Assembly (NCBI GenBank): GCA_964016885.1
Contig: OZ024751.1
Coordinates: 49,476,001-49,540,000, forward strand
Direction: 5' to 3'
Length of the DNA: 64,000 nucleotides
Origin: Eledone cirrhosa
Taxonomy: Eukaryota
The notes beneath the pieces were generated by a model, which was given only the letters and a program-made list of their open reading frames with translations, ran no database searches and was not told where the DNA came from. Made by a program: the position numbers and the translations under genes. Of this stretch, positions 1 through 14,339 are shown piece after piece. Position 1 is the first letter of the stretch. Every line of letters starts with the position of its first letter.

Positions 1-1324
<1,324 letters not shown>

Positions 1325-1599
1325 GCACATTAAAGCGTCCAATTAGTGTATATGTATATATGATCGCACATACTTGCTCGTGTACAGTTATGCATTATTA
1401 TGCATGTGTATGTAGTAAAATGTTACATGTTACTGCTCAGAATGTAGGTGTTTCCATATTCAAGCACAACTTGATGACTCTCGCGCCACAACGTGCAGCT
1501 TCAGCTATAATCAATAATGTTTATTCCCCGGAAGAAAAGCATTCTGTTTTGTTAATTAGATATAAACCGTTACCCAAACCCACTCCGATATTTTACCCA

Positions 1600-1631
<32 letters not shown>

Positions 1632-1820
1632 CTTATATAATTATGTATATTATGTACATACCGTCAAAACCAGCCGTATATTATATGTGTATATATACAC
1701 ATATATATATATATATGTATATATACAGCATATATATATTTATATATATATATACACAAGCACACATTCAATTTCCAAATGCACTCACATCCACATCCAC
1801 ATTAATATATCTCGTATATA

Positions 1821-1873
<53 letters not shown>

Positions 1874-2676
1874 TGTATGTATGTATGTATATTTTTGTAC
1901 GTATGTATGGTTGTGTCTATGTTCTCTGTGTTAAATCCCATGTTATTCTCTATCTATATTTGTATATCTGGTTTTCTCTGCTGTCTCCTCTTCTCTCTCT
2001 ATTTCTCTCCGTCGCACGCAACAACCACACGTTCTCAAGAGCTTTTCCTTTTCTTATATCTTTACTTCTTGATTTTTTACTGATATTTAAAGTAAATCTT
2101 ATTAAACTGCCAATTTAACTGTTCTCCCTGATAATAAATAGCAGCAGAAATTTCAGAAAATAAAACAATACAAAAAGGTTTTCACGTGTTTCCGTCAGAA
2201 GAATGGGAATTAAAAACATAAAAAAAAAAATGTGGCATAAATATTGAACGATATCTAGAAATAGCAGCATTGGGGACTAAAATCCATGCATTCAAATTTG
2301 GTTTAATTTTTCAGAAACATATTTCAGATGATTTATGGTATCGCATTTGTGATGAAGAAATCAGTTGTCCTCTAAAGACTTCTATGTAAGAGCAGAGAAT
2401 TGAATGCAGTTTATTTAAATTCTGTCTTGCTCATTTTGTCTTTTCAACATTTCTTTTCATCGCTTTTTTATTATTATTGTATTCTTTTTTACTGATTCCT
2501 ACATATCTGTAATTCAATAATGTTTTCTTTCCGTTTCTATGCGCAAGCATACACATTTGAACTCACAGACTTACACACATATATGTATGCCTCTCTGTCT
2601 GTCACCGCCTCTTTCTATATACATATACATGCACACACACATATATATATATGTACATATATGTATGTGTGTATGT

Positions 2677-2715
<39 letters not shown>

Positions 2716-3130
2716 CGTGTGCATGTGCGTGTGTGTGTGTACGTGTGTGCATGTATATATATATATATAAACATATATATATATTCGATATGATTGGCTT
2801 ACGAAGCTTTGGGAAATATGAAAATTGAAAACATTATGCACAAGCTGCGGATAACTAGAATAATATTCGATATCTTAATTACCCATAGGCATTACTGTCA
2901 ATTTGCTTCCATCCCTTGGGCCACTTTACACGATTTATCCGATTATGATGTATATTCATGGATTAAGCAATCCATAAATTGGATACTTTGTGCTACATGG
3001 ACCCATTATTGGCGCCATTACTTTCTTTTTTATGTAGGTACCTACATGTTTTATGGATTTTTTGTCGGACTGCTATGCTGTGTGTCATATACGCTGAAAA
3101 TCCGCTCACAAACACATGCACACACACGTG

Positions 3131-3200
<70 letters not shown>

Positions 3201-3330
3201 TGTGTGTATATATATATATATGTATATATATACATAAATATACATGAATGGACCTGTTACTTTTTTCTAAAGACATTTCTTTCCAATTCTAACCCACTCG
3301 TGCCTTCAATCTATCTTATTTCTCATTATT

Positions 3331-3366
3331 TCATCTGATGAAGGACTAGCGTCCGAAACGATAAAA
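3331..3366 (+). ncRNA. Minimal hammerhead ribozyme-like motif (PLE pseudo-LTR remnant)
   Basis: CTGATGA-a-GGAC-tagc-GTCC-GAAAC-gata; core and stem II are clear, stems I and III are degenerate. Confidence 0.55.
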
Positions 3367-3728
3367 CCATCTTCCTGCTATTTCAAGCGTCAACATAATA
3401 TATTCCTTTCATATACACTACCGATTGTGTTGTTATTTCTGTTTACATTTTACATATATTTATATATATATTAGAAAGTGAGGCTTTTTTAAAAAATGAA
3501 AAATAACCGAGGTGTCCTACATGAGTGAAAGTATAAGGAAACACGATGAAATCAAAAATGCAACTGGAGTCTTTTTTTTTTATATATATTTATTTTTCTA
3601 ACCACAAATCCCCCATCTCAATTCTAATTTTGAAAATCAGAAGAACTGCGAAACCGGTAAAGGAACCAAATAAATATATATTTAAAAAAAAAAAAAACTC
3701 CAGTTGCATTTTCGATTTCATCTGTTTT

Positions 3729-3787
<59 letters not shown>

Positions 3788-4627
3788 TATATATAAACAT
3801 CTATGTGTATGTATATATACACATATATACATCTCTCTGTGTGTATATATATTTATATATGTCAGGATATGTGTCAGGGACGAAATATTTGAAATAATTT
3901 ATGCTTCTATCATATGTTAGTACAAAAGTGAGTGTTGAAAATACCACGAATGAATAGAAACGTTGGAAACTTCGATCAAATTCCATTTTTAAAGTATATA
4001 TGTCTCCATATATTATAATACAAGCATTGACTCGAGGAATTCCTTATTAAACATTAACCCCGCATCAACATGTGTCATCACAGATTTCATAAAATATATA
4101 AATAAGCAATGTATGTAAAAGAAATCATCTTATTACAATAATTTCAGTATATCATGTAATGCAGTCTTAAATTATTAGTTTTTCGGCCATATTTTTTGTA
4201 AGCCATGTTGATATGACTTACAAAGCTAATAGACTGAAAAGTAGTAGTGAAATATGCGATACTCAGTAGACAGTATTCATGAAATGTATGATAGATTGAT
4301 AGATATAGAGTTACATTTTTAGTTTTTCAACCATTTGTATTTGTAACTGTTGTTAATACAACTTACAAAACTGATTGGCTTAAAATCTTAATAGAGTCGG
4401 AATGAAGTACACATTACTCGGTAGAGAGTGAGGAAAGGTTGTAGACTGTGCCGTAGTTAATGTAGCGTAAGTCAAGACAAAGTTTTGAGTTTTAAGTTAG
4501 ATTTACACATATGCAAACATACATAGATACATGTATGCATTGTATACGTATGTATAGAGAGAGAAAGCTAGAGTGTGAGAGAGGATGGCGGAGCAAATTA
4601 TAACTTAAGTCAAAATTACACCTACAT

Positions 4628-4745
<118 letters not shown>

Positions 4746-4807
4746 CTTCGGAATTACCTATCATATATATATATATATATATATAAAATCATATATATAT
4801 ATAAAAC

Positions 4808-4857
<50 letters not shown>

Positions 4858-5322
4858 ACCATATATATATATATGTGTGTATGTGTGTGTGTATACGTAT
4901 ATATATATAACTATATAGGTGCACATATATAGAAACACATCCATATATGTTATGTATAATATTTTTTGCTAGTTGTTAGGTGTTAATTGTTATTTTCTTA
5001 TATTGTGGGGTTTTTCTTTTAACTATTTCATTTTTACTTAATATTCTGCAGCAAGTAATTAGCGACGTTTCCTGCCAAATTGGATATTTCGGATGGAAAT
5101 ACAGTTGACAATAATTCCCATGGTAGAAGAATCTAAAGATATATTTGAATTTTACTTTGCGATAAAAGTCTTATTTCAAAGGCGTAAATTAAATGGAGAT
5201 CGATAATAAAATAATTACTGGTTGGGAATGTGAATAAGTGTGTAATACATGTACTACTTTCTTGTTACAGGTGTGTCTGTGTTCTTTGTGTTTTATATAA
5301 GAATATGACTGCGATATATTTC

Positions 5323-5349
<27 letters not shown>

Positions 5350-5359
<10 letters not shown>

Positions 5360-5700
5360 GTATATGGGTGGATGTTTAGATGTATATGAGTGTGTGTTGC
5401 GGTGTAATTGAGTGGTTATGTGTGTGTTGTATATGGTTGGATGTTTAGATGTATATGAGTGTGTGTTGCGGTGTAATTGAGTGGTTATGTGTGTGTGTGT
5501 GTTGTATATGGTTGGATGTTTAGATGTATATGAGTGTGTGTTGCGGTGTAATTGTGTGGTTATGTGCGTGTTGTATATGGTTGGATGTTTAGATGTATAT
5601 GAGTGTGTGTTGCGGTGTAATTGTGTGGTTATGTGTGTCTGTGTGTGTTGTATATGGTTGGATGTTTAGATGTATATGAGTGTGTGTTGCGGTGTAATTG
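5350..5700. repeat. ~60-65 bp minisatellite, about 6 copies
   Basis: Unit gtgtgttgtatatggttggatgtttagatgtatatgagtgtgtgttgcggtgtaattg(a/t)gtggttat repeated in tandem. Confidence 0.9.
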
Positions 5701-7230
5701 TGTGTGTGCGCGTGTTTGTGTGTGTGTTTTGTGTTTTGGATATATATGATTGTGTGCTACGGTGTATTTGTGTGGTTATGTGAGTGTATGTGTGTGTGTG
5801 TGTGTTGGATGTATATGAGTGTGTGTGGTGGTGTAATTGTGTGGATAAAGTGTGTGTTTGTGTGTTTTGTGTTTTGGATATATATGATTGTGTGCTGCTG
5901 TGTATTTGTGTGGTTATGTGAGTGTGTGTGTGTGTGTGTGTGTTGTATATTTGGATGTATATGAATGTGTGTTGCGGTATATGTGTTGGGTTACGTGAGT
6001 GTGTGTGTGTGTTTGTGTAGTTTTCTGTTTATGTTCATGTGTATTTGCGTTGCATGTATGCTATAGATAACCGGTGTGTGTGTGTATGTGCGCTTGTATG
6101 TGTGTGTGTCTGAGTGTACGTGTGTCTGTGTCAGCGTGTGAATATGACCAATATTCCTGTCTATGTTTAGGTTTACTTATGTGTACGTCTGTGTTTACGT
6201 GTATTTGTGCATATACATATGTGTTAAATATTCTCATTGTATCTATGTGTATGGGTATGAGAGTATGTGTGAGAGTTTCTTACTAGAATATGTGTTGGTT
6301 TGGATGTATGAGCGCTTCGTGCTTCGGAAAACTTGTGCGCATGCGCGCAAATGTGTATATGTGTGTGTGTGTGTGGAATTTAATATGGCAACTTTCCTCA
6401 GTCTTTACGTATAGATGTGTAATATTCTGTTGTATTTTTGTCTGCATCTATGAGATATTTACCGTGTGTATATATGCCTAAAGAATTAATATGGATGTGT
6501 CTCGTGTGTGAGTTTCTAGTTAACTACTTCTACCAATTTATCTCCCTTTGTTTTCACTACAAACACATACATGAAATATTCGGAAATCTCCAATTTGAAG
6601 CATAGCCGGGATTTTCAAAATTGGATGAAATTTCAAATCCGTAGGCGCATAGACGCAATACTTCGTTGATGTTTGGTCCATTTAAATAACGTTGTACACA
6701 CACACACAAGCACGCACACACACACACATACACGCACACGCACACACAGGTGTGTATATATATATAAATATATATATAACGGCGATGAATTAGTTTTGCC
6801 AGGTTTTTGATAATATCTAAACATAGAAATAATATCTGAACATAGAAATAACCCAGCAGATAGGCAAGTCAGAGAGGCCAGTGAAATAGAACTTAGAAGG
6901 CCATGGCTAAACAGAAAGAATGAATGGAATAACAACAACACCCAAACAAACAACACTGACCTAAGAGAAGTATGAATAAATAAATAGATAAATAAATAAA
7001 TAAATACATACACAAGCAGAATAACAACAAACACATATAAACACACGCTAGTAAAGATAGAATACATTAACCAATACACAGTCACCCAATCACGAACACA
7101 CATCAAACAAAACACTATACACACACGCATGCGCAAAGAAGACAAAATAAAATAAACAAATAAATAAATATATAAACAGACTAAATAAAGATGGCGTAGA
7201 AAATACAATGCAACGGGAGGAAACAATAGC

Positions 7231-7272
7231 ACCACTGACGATGTTGCAGATGTGCAACGAAAGAACTTTGAT
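7231..7272 (+). ncRNA. Hammerhead ribozyme motif, related to the 30491 family
   Basis: acca-CTGACGA-t-GTTGCA-gatg-TGCAAC-GAAA-gaac-TT-tgat. The downstream tail (atgacccttcccaa) resembles the 30.6 kb and 34.0 kb tails (atgaccctcccaaa) and ends in (TA)n. Confidence 0.65.
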
Positions 7273-7465
7273 AAACTATATATATGTGTTTGTGTCTATA
7301 TTGTATCTGTATTATTTTTGACCGTTGGTCAATCAATGGCAACATTGAGGACCGAATAAATTAGATTACCGATATAAAAGACACAGAAGCGAAAAGCGAA
7401 AACCAACCAAACAGTGAGTGTGTTCTGTTATTAATTCTGGCAATATTACACAAATATGACCCTTC

Positions 7466-7540
<75 letters not shown>

Positions 7541-7543
<3 letters not shown>

Positions 7544-7760
7544 TATTAAAATAACAGATTAAAGTGTAAGCAAAGAATCGGTTCTTTCACTCTTAACGGG
7601 ATCTTCTAAAACAGTAAGGGTGAAAGCAGCGATTCGTTCATTAAACTTTAATCTGTTATTTTAATAAATATTTGCTCTACGGTTCTTATATATTTGATAT
7701 ATATTTATCCTTATCGAGCTCTCTTTGGGTTTTAGTCTTCAAAGTTATTATTATTACTAT
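7541..7760. mobile_element. Small fold-back pseudo-LTR insert in (TA)n (CAGAAGA-core HHR family)
   Basis: tttattaaaataacagattaaagt... is inverted against ...actttaatctgttattttaataaa. Same family at 33424-33583, 36010-36092 and 41718-41905. Confidence 0.75.
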
Positions 7761-7805
<45 letters not shown>

Positions 7806-7806
<1 letters not shown>

Positions 7807-8206
7807 TAAAACATGTCTATAGAATCACAGATAAAATATATACCATTTCCTGTCCCAATTAGCATAATTAACCATATAAAAAATTGAATAGACCAGGCTA
7901 TAAGAATAAGGCTTCTATGAAGAAATCTCCAACAAATAACCGAAACTAGCCCTTCGCGTCGGCTGCAACGGAATATTTATCGAATATTTCGACAGCGTAA
8001 TCGCCCAGATATACAGTCAATTAAACAGAATCAGGTGTAAAATAAACTAGGAGAAAAGAGAATACATTTATTTACCTCGACCATGGTGTCGTCCGCATTT
8101 TGAGATTTCCAATAACTTCGGAAACTCGAGCACCGGACTCTTCAGGAGTTTTCTCAAATCTAGACAATAATTTTTCCAAAGTGATCGCGCCAAGAATACA
8201 TTCTAA
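7806..8206 (-). mobile_element. PLE pseudo-LTR/3' end copy in (TA)n with decayed HHR at 8075-8149
   Basis: ~400 bp homologous to 36750-37147. Minus strand reads ctc-CTGAAGA-GTCCG...CGGAC-GACAC-catg-GTC-gagg, with GAAAC mutated to GACAC. Confidence 0.8.
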
Positions 8207-8210
8207 AATA

Positions 8211-8252
<42 letters not shown>

Positions 8253-8315
8253 CATATAAAATTTATTTGATCAAAAGAACATCTATTTTATTAATATTTG
8301 TATTTTAATATTTTA

Positions 8316-8348
<33 letters not shown>

Positions 8349-8627
8349 ATACAATACAATAAAGACAAATAAACGCACATATGTACATATCTGTGTTAAA
8401 AAATATAAGGGATCAAATTCGCTTATAGTTTTGAACACAGATATGTATATATATGCGTGTATCTCTTTTTATATATATTGCAGAGACGAAACACAAACGC
8501 AACATTCCTACAGGTATTGCACGGGATTGCAATATAATTCAATATAGTTGTAAGGGACTACCCTGAGTTTCTAACTCAATAAATTCTGAGTTTCAAAATC
8601 AATATATACTATTGATATATATATATG

Positions 8628-8669
8628 GTAGACTGATGAAACAGCCAAGCTGAAACTTTACCTTTCTAC
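8628..8669 (+). ncRNA. Hammerhead ribozyme-like motif
   Basis: GTAGA-CTGATGA-aac-AGC-caa-GCT-GAAA-ctttacc-TT-TCTAC; perfect 5-bp stem I, weak stem II. Confidence 0.5.
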
Positions 8670-8902
8670 TTAGAAAATAATTTGTTACAATATAGCCGCT
8701 AGTATTAACTGCTCATTCAGTTAATGTTTGAATGATTGAAATACTATCGTATGCTAAACACGTATTAGAGTAGTTTGCTCCTCGAGTGTTTTGCTCTCTG
8801 AAACGATCGTAAAACGAATTAGGTTGATATAAGCAACATTCCCTTCCTCCAAAATCACTGGCGTCGTGCCAAAATCAAATAAAATCATTCTAATTGTTAT
8901 TT

Positions 8903-8911
8903 CTACTACTG

Positions 8912-8965
<54 letters not shown>

Positions 8966-9048
8966 ATTCTGCTAGTACTACTACTACTACTACAACTACT
9001 ACTACTACTACTACTACTACTATTTGTGACAGCAGCAGTAGTAGTAGC

Positions 9049-9114
<66 letters not shown>
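8903..9114. repeat. (ACT)n followed by its reverse complement (AGT)n
   Basis: Trinucleotide runs at 8903-9021 and 9031-9114. Confidence 0.95.
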
Positions 9115-9115
<1 letters not shown>

Positions 9116-9306
9116 CAATTAAGAGCGTTATTCATAAAGAAACGCGTACAGAAGGCTGTAGAAAGACCGAAGATGTAACTTCAATTGCCCGTCTCTCTCA
9201 TATGTAGGAGGAGTATACTTGTCTATGAATATGTGTGTTAATGCATGTAATTGTGTGTATGTGTGAGATAATATGTGAAGTGTATTATACAATGATACAA
9301 ATAAAG

Positions 9307-9360
<54 letters not shown>

Positions 9361-9429
9361 GCATATGTATATATGTATATATATATGTATATATATATGT
9401 ATAGATGTATATATGAATATATATATATA

Positions 9430-9488
<59 letters not shown>

Positions 9489-9598
9489 AATATATATATA
9501 TTCATACATACCAACATACATATATATATATATACATATGTACATATATACATATATACATATGCATATACATATATAAATACATCTACATATATACA

Positions 9599-9631
<33 letters not shown>

Positions 9632-10913
9632 TTTATATACACATATATATAATGGTGATGTTTGTAATGAGATAATTATGCATAATTGATGAATGCACTT
9701 TTGGTGATTTTAAAGAATGATGCATATATAATATCTATTATCTGACATAAAAATGATGGCGGATTATTTCACTCAGCTTAAAAGTGATTTATTGTCTTAT
9801 ATACTTTTTATTTTTAAGGAATTTATTTGTTATGGGAATCTTTTGTTATTCCTTCGAAGCGAGATTTGCCTTAGTTTTGATGAATTTTCAAGGCTTGCCT
9901 CCCCTTTTTATGCTTTTGATATTTTTCAGTTTTGTTTCATGTTTTAGGAATTGTTTTGCCATATTAATTTACTGATTCGTTGCTCAAATCCTATTATGTA
10001 ATAAATAGATGAAAGTAAATCATATTTAGGGAAAATGCAAAAGAAATATGGGACTTTTATCTTTATGAGTTGATTTTGAAGGTGTGCCGTTTGAATTATG
10101 CATTGTGCAATAGTTTTATAGCAATTACTCTAAGAGAAATAGAATAATAAGGTTATGAAAACAGAATAAAACAAAATGGTTGCTTATAGGCTGCTGAATG
10201 ATGCATGACGAACTAGTTTCGTTACGCAGTCGTATCATTTATCACCCACCTTTATGAGTAACAATGATAGACTTAGACGGTATTTTATAAGCACAACCCT
10301 TATCTATATATCTGCATTTCTCTATAAAATCGGCGAATTTTCATAGATGTTTGTGTGTCAGAATAAAAATGTCTCAGCTTATTCTAGTGGGATTAACAGT
10401 TTTCATGGACGAGAGAAGGGAGTAGGAGCCGGCGCGCTGGACAAACTACCAAGTGTGTGGTAGAGATGCTGCATGAGTGAGTCGACGACCAGATGCATAT
10501 CAGCTCTTTCCTATGTAACCCAGGATATTACTAGAATCTGACATTCCAGATAGATACACCTGAAGTAATGAGACTGGAAACAAAGTAAGGCTTGATCAAT
10601 CTCGACTGATGTGTGTCTATGGACGAACCGAAACAATCAATGTCTCCGTGATACAACATAGATGTGTGTAAAAAGTTTTGTAACCATATATATATATATA
10701 TACATATATATTAGAAAATGTGTTATACTGAAACATTTGTTATAATGGAATTTGTTATAACGTAATTTTACCGCCATATTTTATCTCATCTCATCTAGGG
10801 CGGATAAATACTCCGCGATAAAAAAATGAATAAATATATATATATATGTATAAAGTGTTTCCGTAGGAAAGTTAAAGGAAAGGAGAGTGCTCTATGTAGG
10901 CTACAGAGCTATT

Positions 10914-11118
10914 TAGTTATGTAATAAACAATTATTCCATTTACCAAAGGTTTCGCGAAGACGGACGAGCTCGACACAGACGGCTGAAATCGTTCAACAG
11001 AATCGTTTATCAGACTTGATTCTGATGAACGATTTCAGACGTCTGTGTGGAGTTCGTCTGTCTTCGTGAAACCTTTGGTAAATGGAATAATTGTCTTATG
11101 TTATTTATTACATAACTA
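10914..11118. mobile_element. Diverged fold-back insert with HHR in each arm
   Basis: Arms of ~95 bp around a spacer near 11005-11017; right arm ends in (TA)n. Confidence 0.85.
11019..11083 (+). ncRNA. Type-I hammerhead ribozyme motif
   Basis: ATT-CTGATGA-ACGA...TCGT-GAAAC-ctttg-GTA-AAT. Confidence 0.7.
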
Positions 11119-11132
11119 TATATATATATATA

Positions 11133-11700
11133 TGGTGGCTGCCAACCCGTTTTCGAGTACGGCCATTACTTTATATCCATGTAGGAGAACCCTTACCGAT
11201 CCGCTGAACGAGTGTGGCTTTTTAGTCCAGCCAGCAACTTGAAAACTCTGGTACAAACACTACACTTGTGACAATTTTTGGTGTCGTGTGAGATCACTAC
11301 TCGACCTGTATACCCTTCCACGAACATCACATGTCGACGTCTGATGAACACTTATAGCTCCACAGGTGCCTGCTTCCCTGTTCTTGTGCACTCTCAGGTG
11401 ACTCTTTAGACCTGCCATGCTCAAACAAACCCTATTACAGTTCTCACATGTCAGGTCAGGCTGTCTGTCAGTGCTTTCGGGAAGGCCAACATGGATTCCT
11501 TTCCGGACATCTCTTTTTAGTGTCGCGTGCCTTCTTCTTGTTTCCTCAAATAGACTCTTGCCACGAGCCACTGCTTTCCTCCACTGCGATCGGTCACTAG
11601 CGCATGCTTCCCAGTGCTCACAAGGGATGTTACTTTTCTTGAGCGCCCCCTTGATGCAGTCTTTAAAACGCATCTCCGGTTTGCTCGCGTTCCTTTTTTT
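11133..11700 (-). mobile_element. RTE-clade LINE 3' end (post-RT C-terminus with C2H2-like fingers, then short 3' UTR and (TA)n)
   Basis: ORF 11260-11775(-): KPEMRFKDCIKGALK..WEACASDRSQWRKAV..LTCENCNRVCLSMAGLKSHLRVH, typical of RTE/BovB C-termini. A further frameshifted finger [19 protein letters not shown] follows. Confidence 0.88.
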
Positions 11701-12364
11701 TTCCATATACATATACATACATATATAAAAAAAAAAAATATATATATATATATGTGTGTGTGTATGTATATACATCTTTGTCGTACTTCACCCTCTAGTC
11801 TTCTAAATTCAATACAATGTTGAACGTTTAGAGCTATTTAAACTTAAACATGTATTCACATTTCTTACGTAACTAACGTTTATTTTATCCTTTACCTCGC
11901 CTCCCTTAATAACCACTCTTTATTTATACTATCCCCTATTTTGCATTACTTTCCCGCTTTCGAATAATGTTTTTTTTTTTGCTGTTTCATTTGTGTTGAA
12001 TGCATTGTTATTCTCCTTCACGCTGTCGTTGAATATGTTTGTTTCAATTATTTTGATCATGTTTAGGGGTGGAAACTGTCACTTGTGAATAAGAGTGTAT
12101 ATGTGTGTTTGCCTTCGTGCCTATATACATATAACTGTGTGTATGTGTATATTTGTATATGTATTTTATAATATTTTCCCTTCTTTACTGAAGCTTATTT
12201 CTGATTCTTTTCCCAAGCCCTAGAGCTAAACAGTCGAAGAAAACAATCAAATGTAAAATTCTAGAGCTTATTTAATTATTCTGTGTGTATTAGCTTAGGG
12301 GAATATTTGTTGGGCGGGAATTTCGTTTTGTAACCATTAGGATCCATGTTTGATCTCAGTGTAC

Positions 12365-12548
12365 GGAAGTGTGGTAAGGAACCAGGTGGACCATAAGGCA
12401 CCAGATACTATGGGTAGTAGATTTGGGTAATAGGAAAAGAGTCAGAACCCCGACGACAGAGCTCAAGCCGTTTTGACAGCTATTTCTGAGTCCAGAAATA
12501 GCTGTCGAAACTGCTTGAGCGCTGCCGTCGGGGGTCTGACTCTTTTCC

Positions 12549-12551
<3 letters not shown>
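12365..12551. mobile_element. Fold-back pseudo-LTR fragment (same family as 61729-61920)
   Basis: ggtaaggaaccaggtggaccataa... tail, plus inverted arms taggaaaagagtcaga...cagctatttctg / cagaaatagctg...tctgactcttttccta centred near 12492. Confidence 0.82.
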
Positions 12552-12600
<49 letters not shown>

Positions 12601-12674
12601 GGTTTGTGTGTGCAGTGTGCTGGGGTTTCTACCACATATCTAAAATAACCTCAGGGGTTATAAGACTCTTTTCC

Positions 12675-12714
<40 letters not shown>

Positions 12715-12733
12715 GGAAAAGAGTCAGACCCCG

Positions 12734-12773
<40 letters not shown>

Positions 12774-13198
12774 GGTTTGTGTGTGCAGTGTGCTGGGGTT
12801 TCTACCACATATCTAAAATAACCTCAGGGGTTATAAGGCTAGAATTCATATTCGCTATCGGATTTAACTTGTAAGGCGAATACATAAAATCTGAATACCC
12901 AAATGATATACTATCGTTGTGTTGAATTATAAATAAGCGGCCTAGCTAAAAGAGATAGAAGATATGGATGGAGAAATACCAAAAGAGAAAGATAGTGGAG
13001 TGTAATAAAGGAAGCGATATATATATATTAATGAATGCCCAGTTGTTTTCCTTCAATTCTCTATGCACAATTTCACTAACTTATTTCATCACTATATGAG
13101 AGAATGCTAGATAACATATGCTCCAGTTGCCATACATACAATGGAGGCGATTTTCATCATTATAAACACCCATACTGTGTGTTTCAGTTGATTTATAT

Positions 13199-13781
13199 AC
13201 AGAAGAAGCTCGTAGTACGAGTACCCCGTTGTACGAGTAATTTGCTGTACGAGCCAAGGATCGTGTGAATTTTAGTTCGAGCGAGTTTCATACAATTATT
13301 GATTTCTAGTATAGGCACAAGTCCAGTAATTTTGGGGGTGGGTTAGTCGATTAAATCGAACCAGTACGTTTTTGGTGCTTTATTTTATCGACCTCGTAAG
13401 GATGAAAGGTAAAGTTGACCTCGGTGGGATTTGAACTCAGACCGTAAAGGACCGTAACTCTATGCTGCAAAGCATGGCATCCGACTATATCGATACTGCC
13501 AATCCATCGCCCTAACAATTTCATACAATTAATAAAACTAGTTTACATATTTCTTTTGCATTCTCTTTTATTATGTTTTTATAATTATCTTTTTCCTCGA
13601 AACTACACCTTTTCTGTTTTAAAACCCATAAAAATGAATTTGGGGTGGTTTTGTGGTGCTGGAACGGATTATTTATATTGTAATTAATTTCAATGGGGAA
13701 AATTAATTTGTAAAACGAGTAAATCGTAAAACGAGGTCGGTCATGGAATGAATTAAACTCGTACTGCGAGGTATCATTGTA
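13199..13781. mobile_element. Tigger/Pogo-like MITE with TA flanks, interrupted by a SINE
   Basis: Imperfect TIRs TA-CAGAAGAAGCTCGTAGTACGAGT versus the reverse complement of the right end TA-CAATGATACCTCGCAGTACGAGT; subterminal ACGAG repeats. Confidence 0.6.
13299..13518 (-). mobile_element. tRNA-derived SINE family A with 13-bp target-site duplication
   Basis: Minus strand has B-box GAGTTCAAATCC and core CCTTTCATCCTTACGAGGTCGATAAAATA; TSD tttcatacaatta at 13286-13298 and 13519-13531. Confidence 0.88.
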
Positions 13782-14339
13782 TATATAAAATATAAGTGTC
13801 ACTTATATACTAAAAAGAAAAGGAACAGAAAGGAAAAGATCTTCAGGTCTAATCAACGAGTCAACGTTCCCATTTGTCTTTCTATTTTTGATACTATGAA
13901 CTGGTTGCAACTCGTGACTGAAGGAATATTGTGAAATAAGCTATTCTGCTCAACAACACAGCGGGCTACTGGTCCAGTCATCGAATCCACTTAGCCCAAC
14001 ATTCTAGTCATTAGACCACACACATTCTCATACACATTAAAGTTCGTTGGTTTATAAGGGTAAAATATGCTGAACATAAAGGCAAGAGTCTGTTGAAATT
14101 ATAAGACGAATGAATGTAATAAAAACGAACATGGAATAAAAGAACAGTGGAATGCACAAGGGAGAGGGAGAAAATTAACAGCTAAAAATGGCCGACTTAA
14201 ACATTTATTTTATTAAATTCCAGACACTTTTATCTCGTATAATCGTTGTTTTTGATATCGCTGTGGTCATCAGAACATATGTTGTTGTTGATGGTTGTTT
14301 TTTGGTTTTTATCGTCGTTATCGTTGTAGTTGTTAATGC

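Noticed and set aside
5070-5108. EGF-like-looking peptide SCQIGYFGWK
   Set aside because: Immediately hits a stop codon and lacks the rest of the cysteine pattern.
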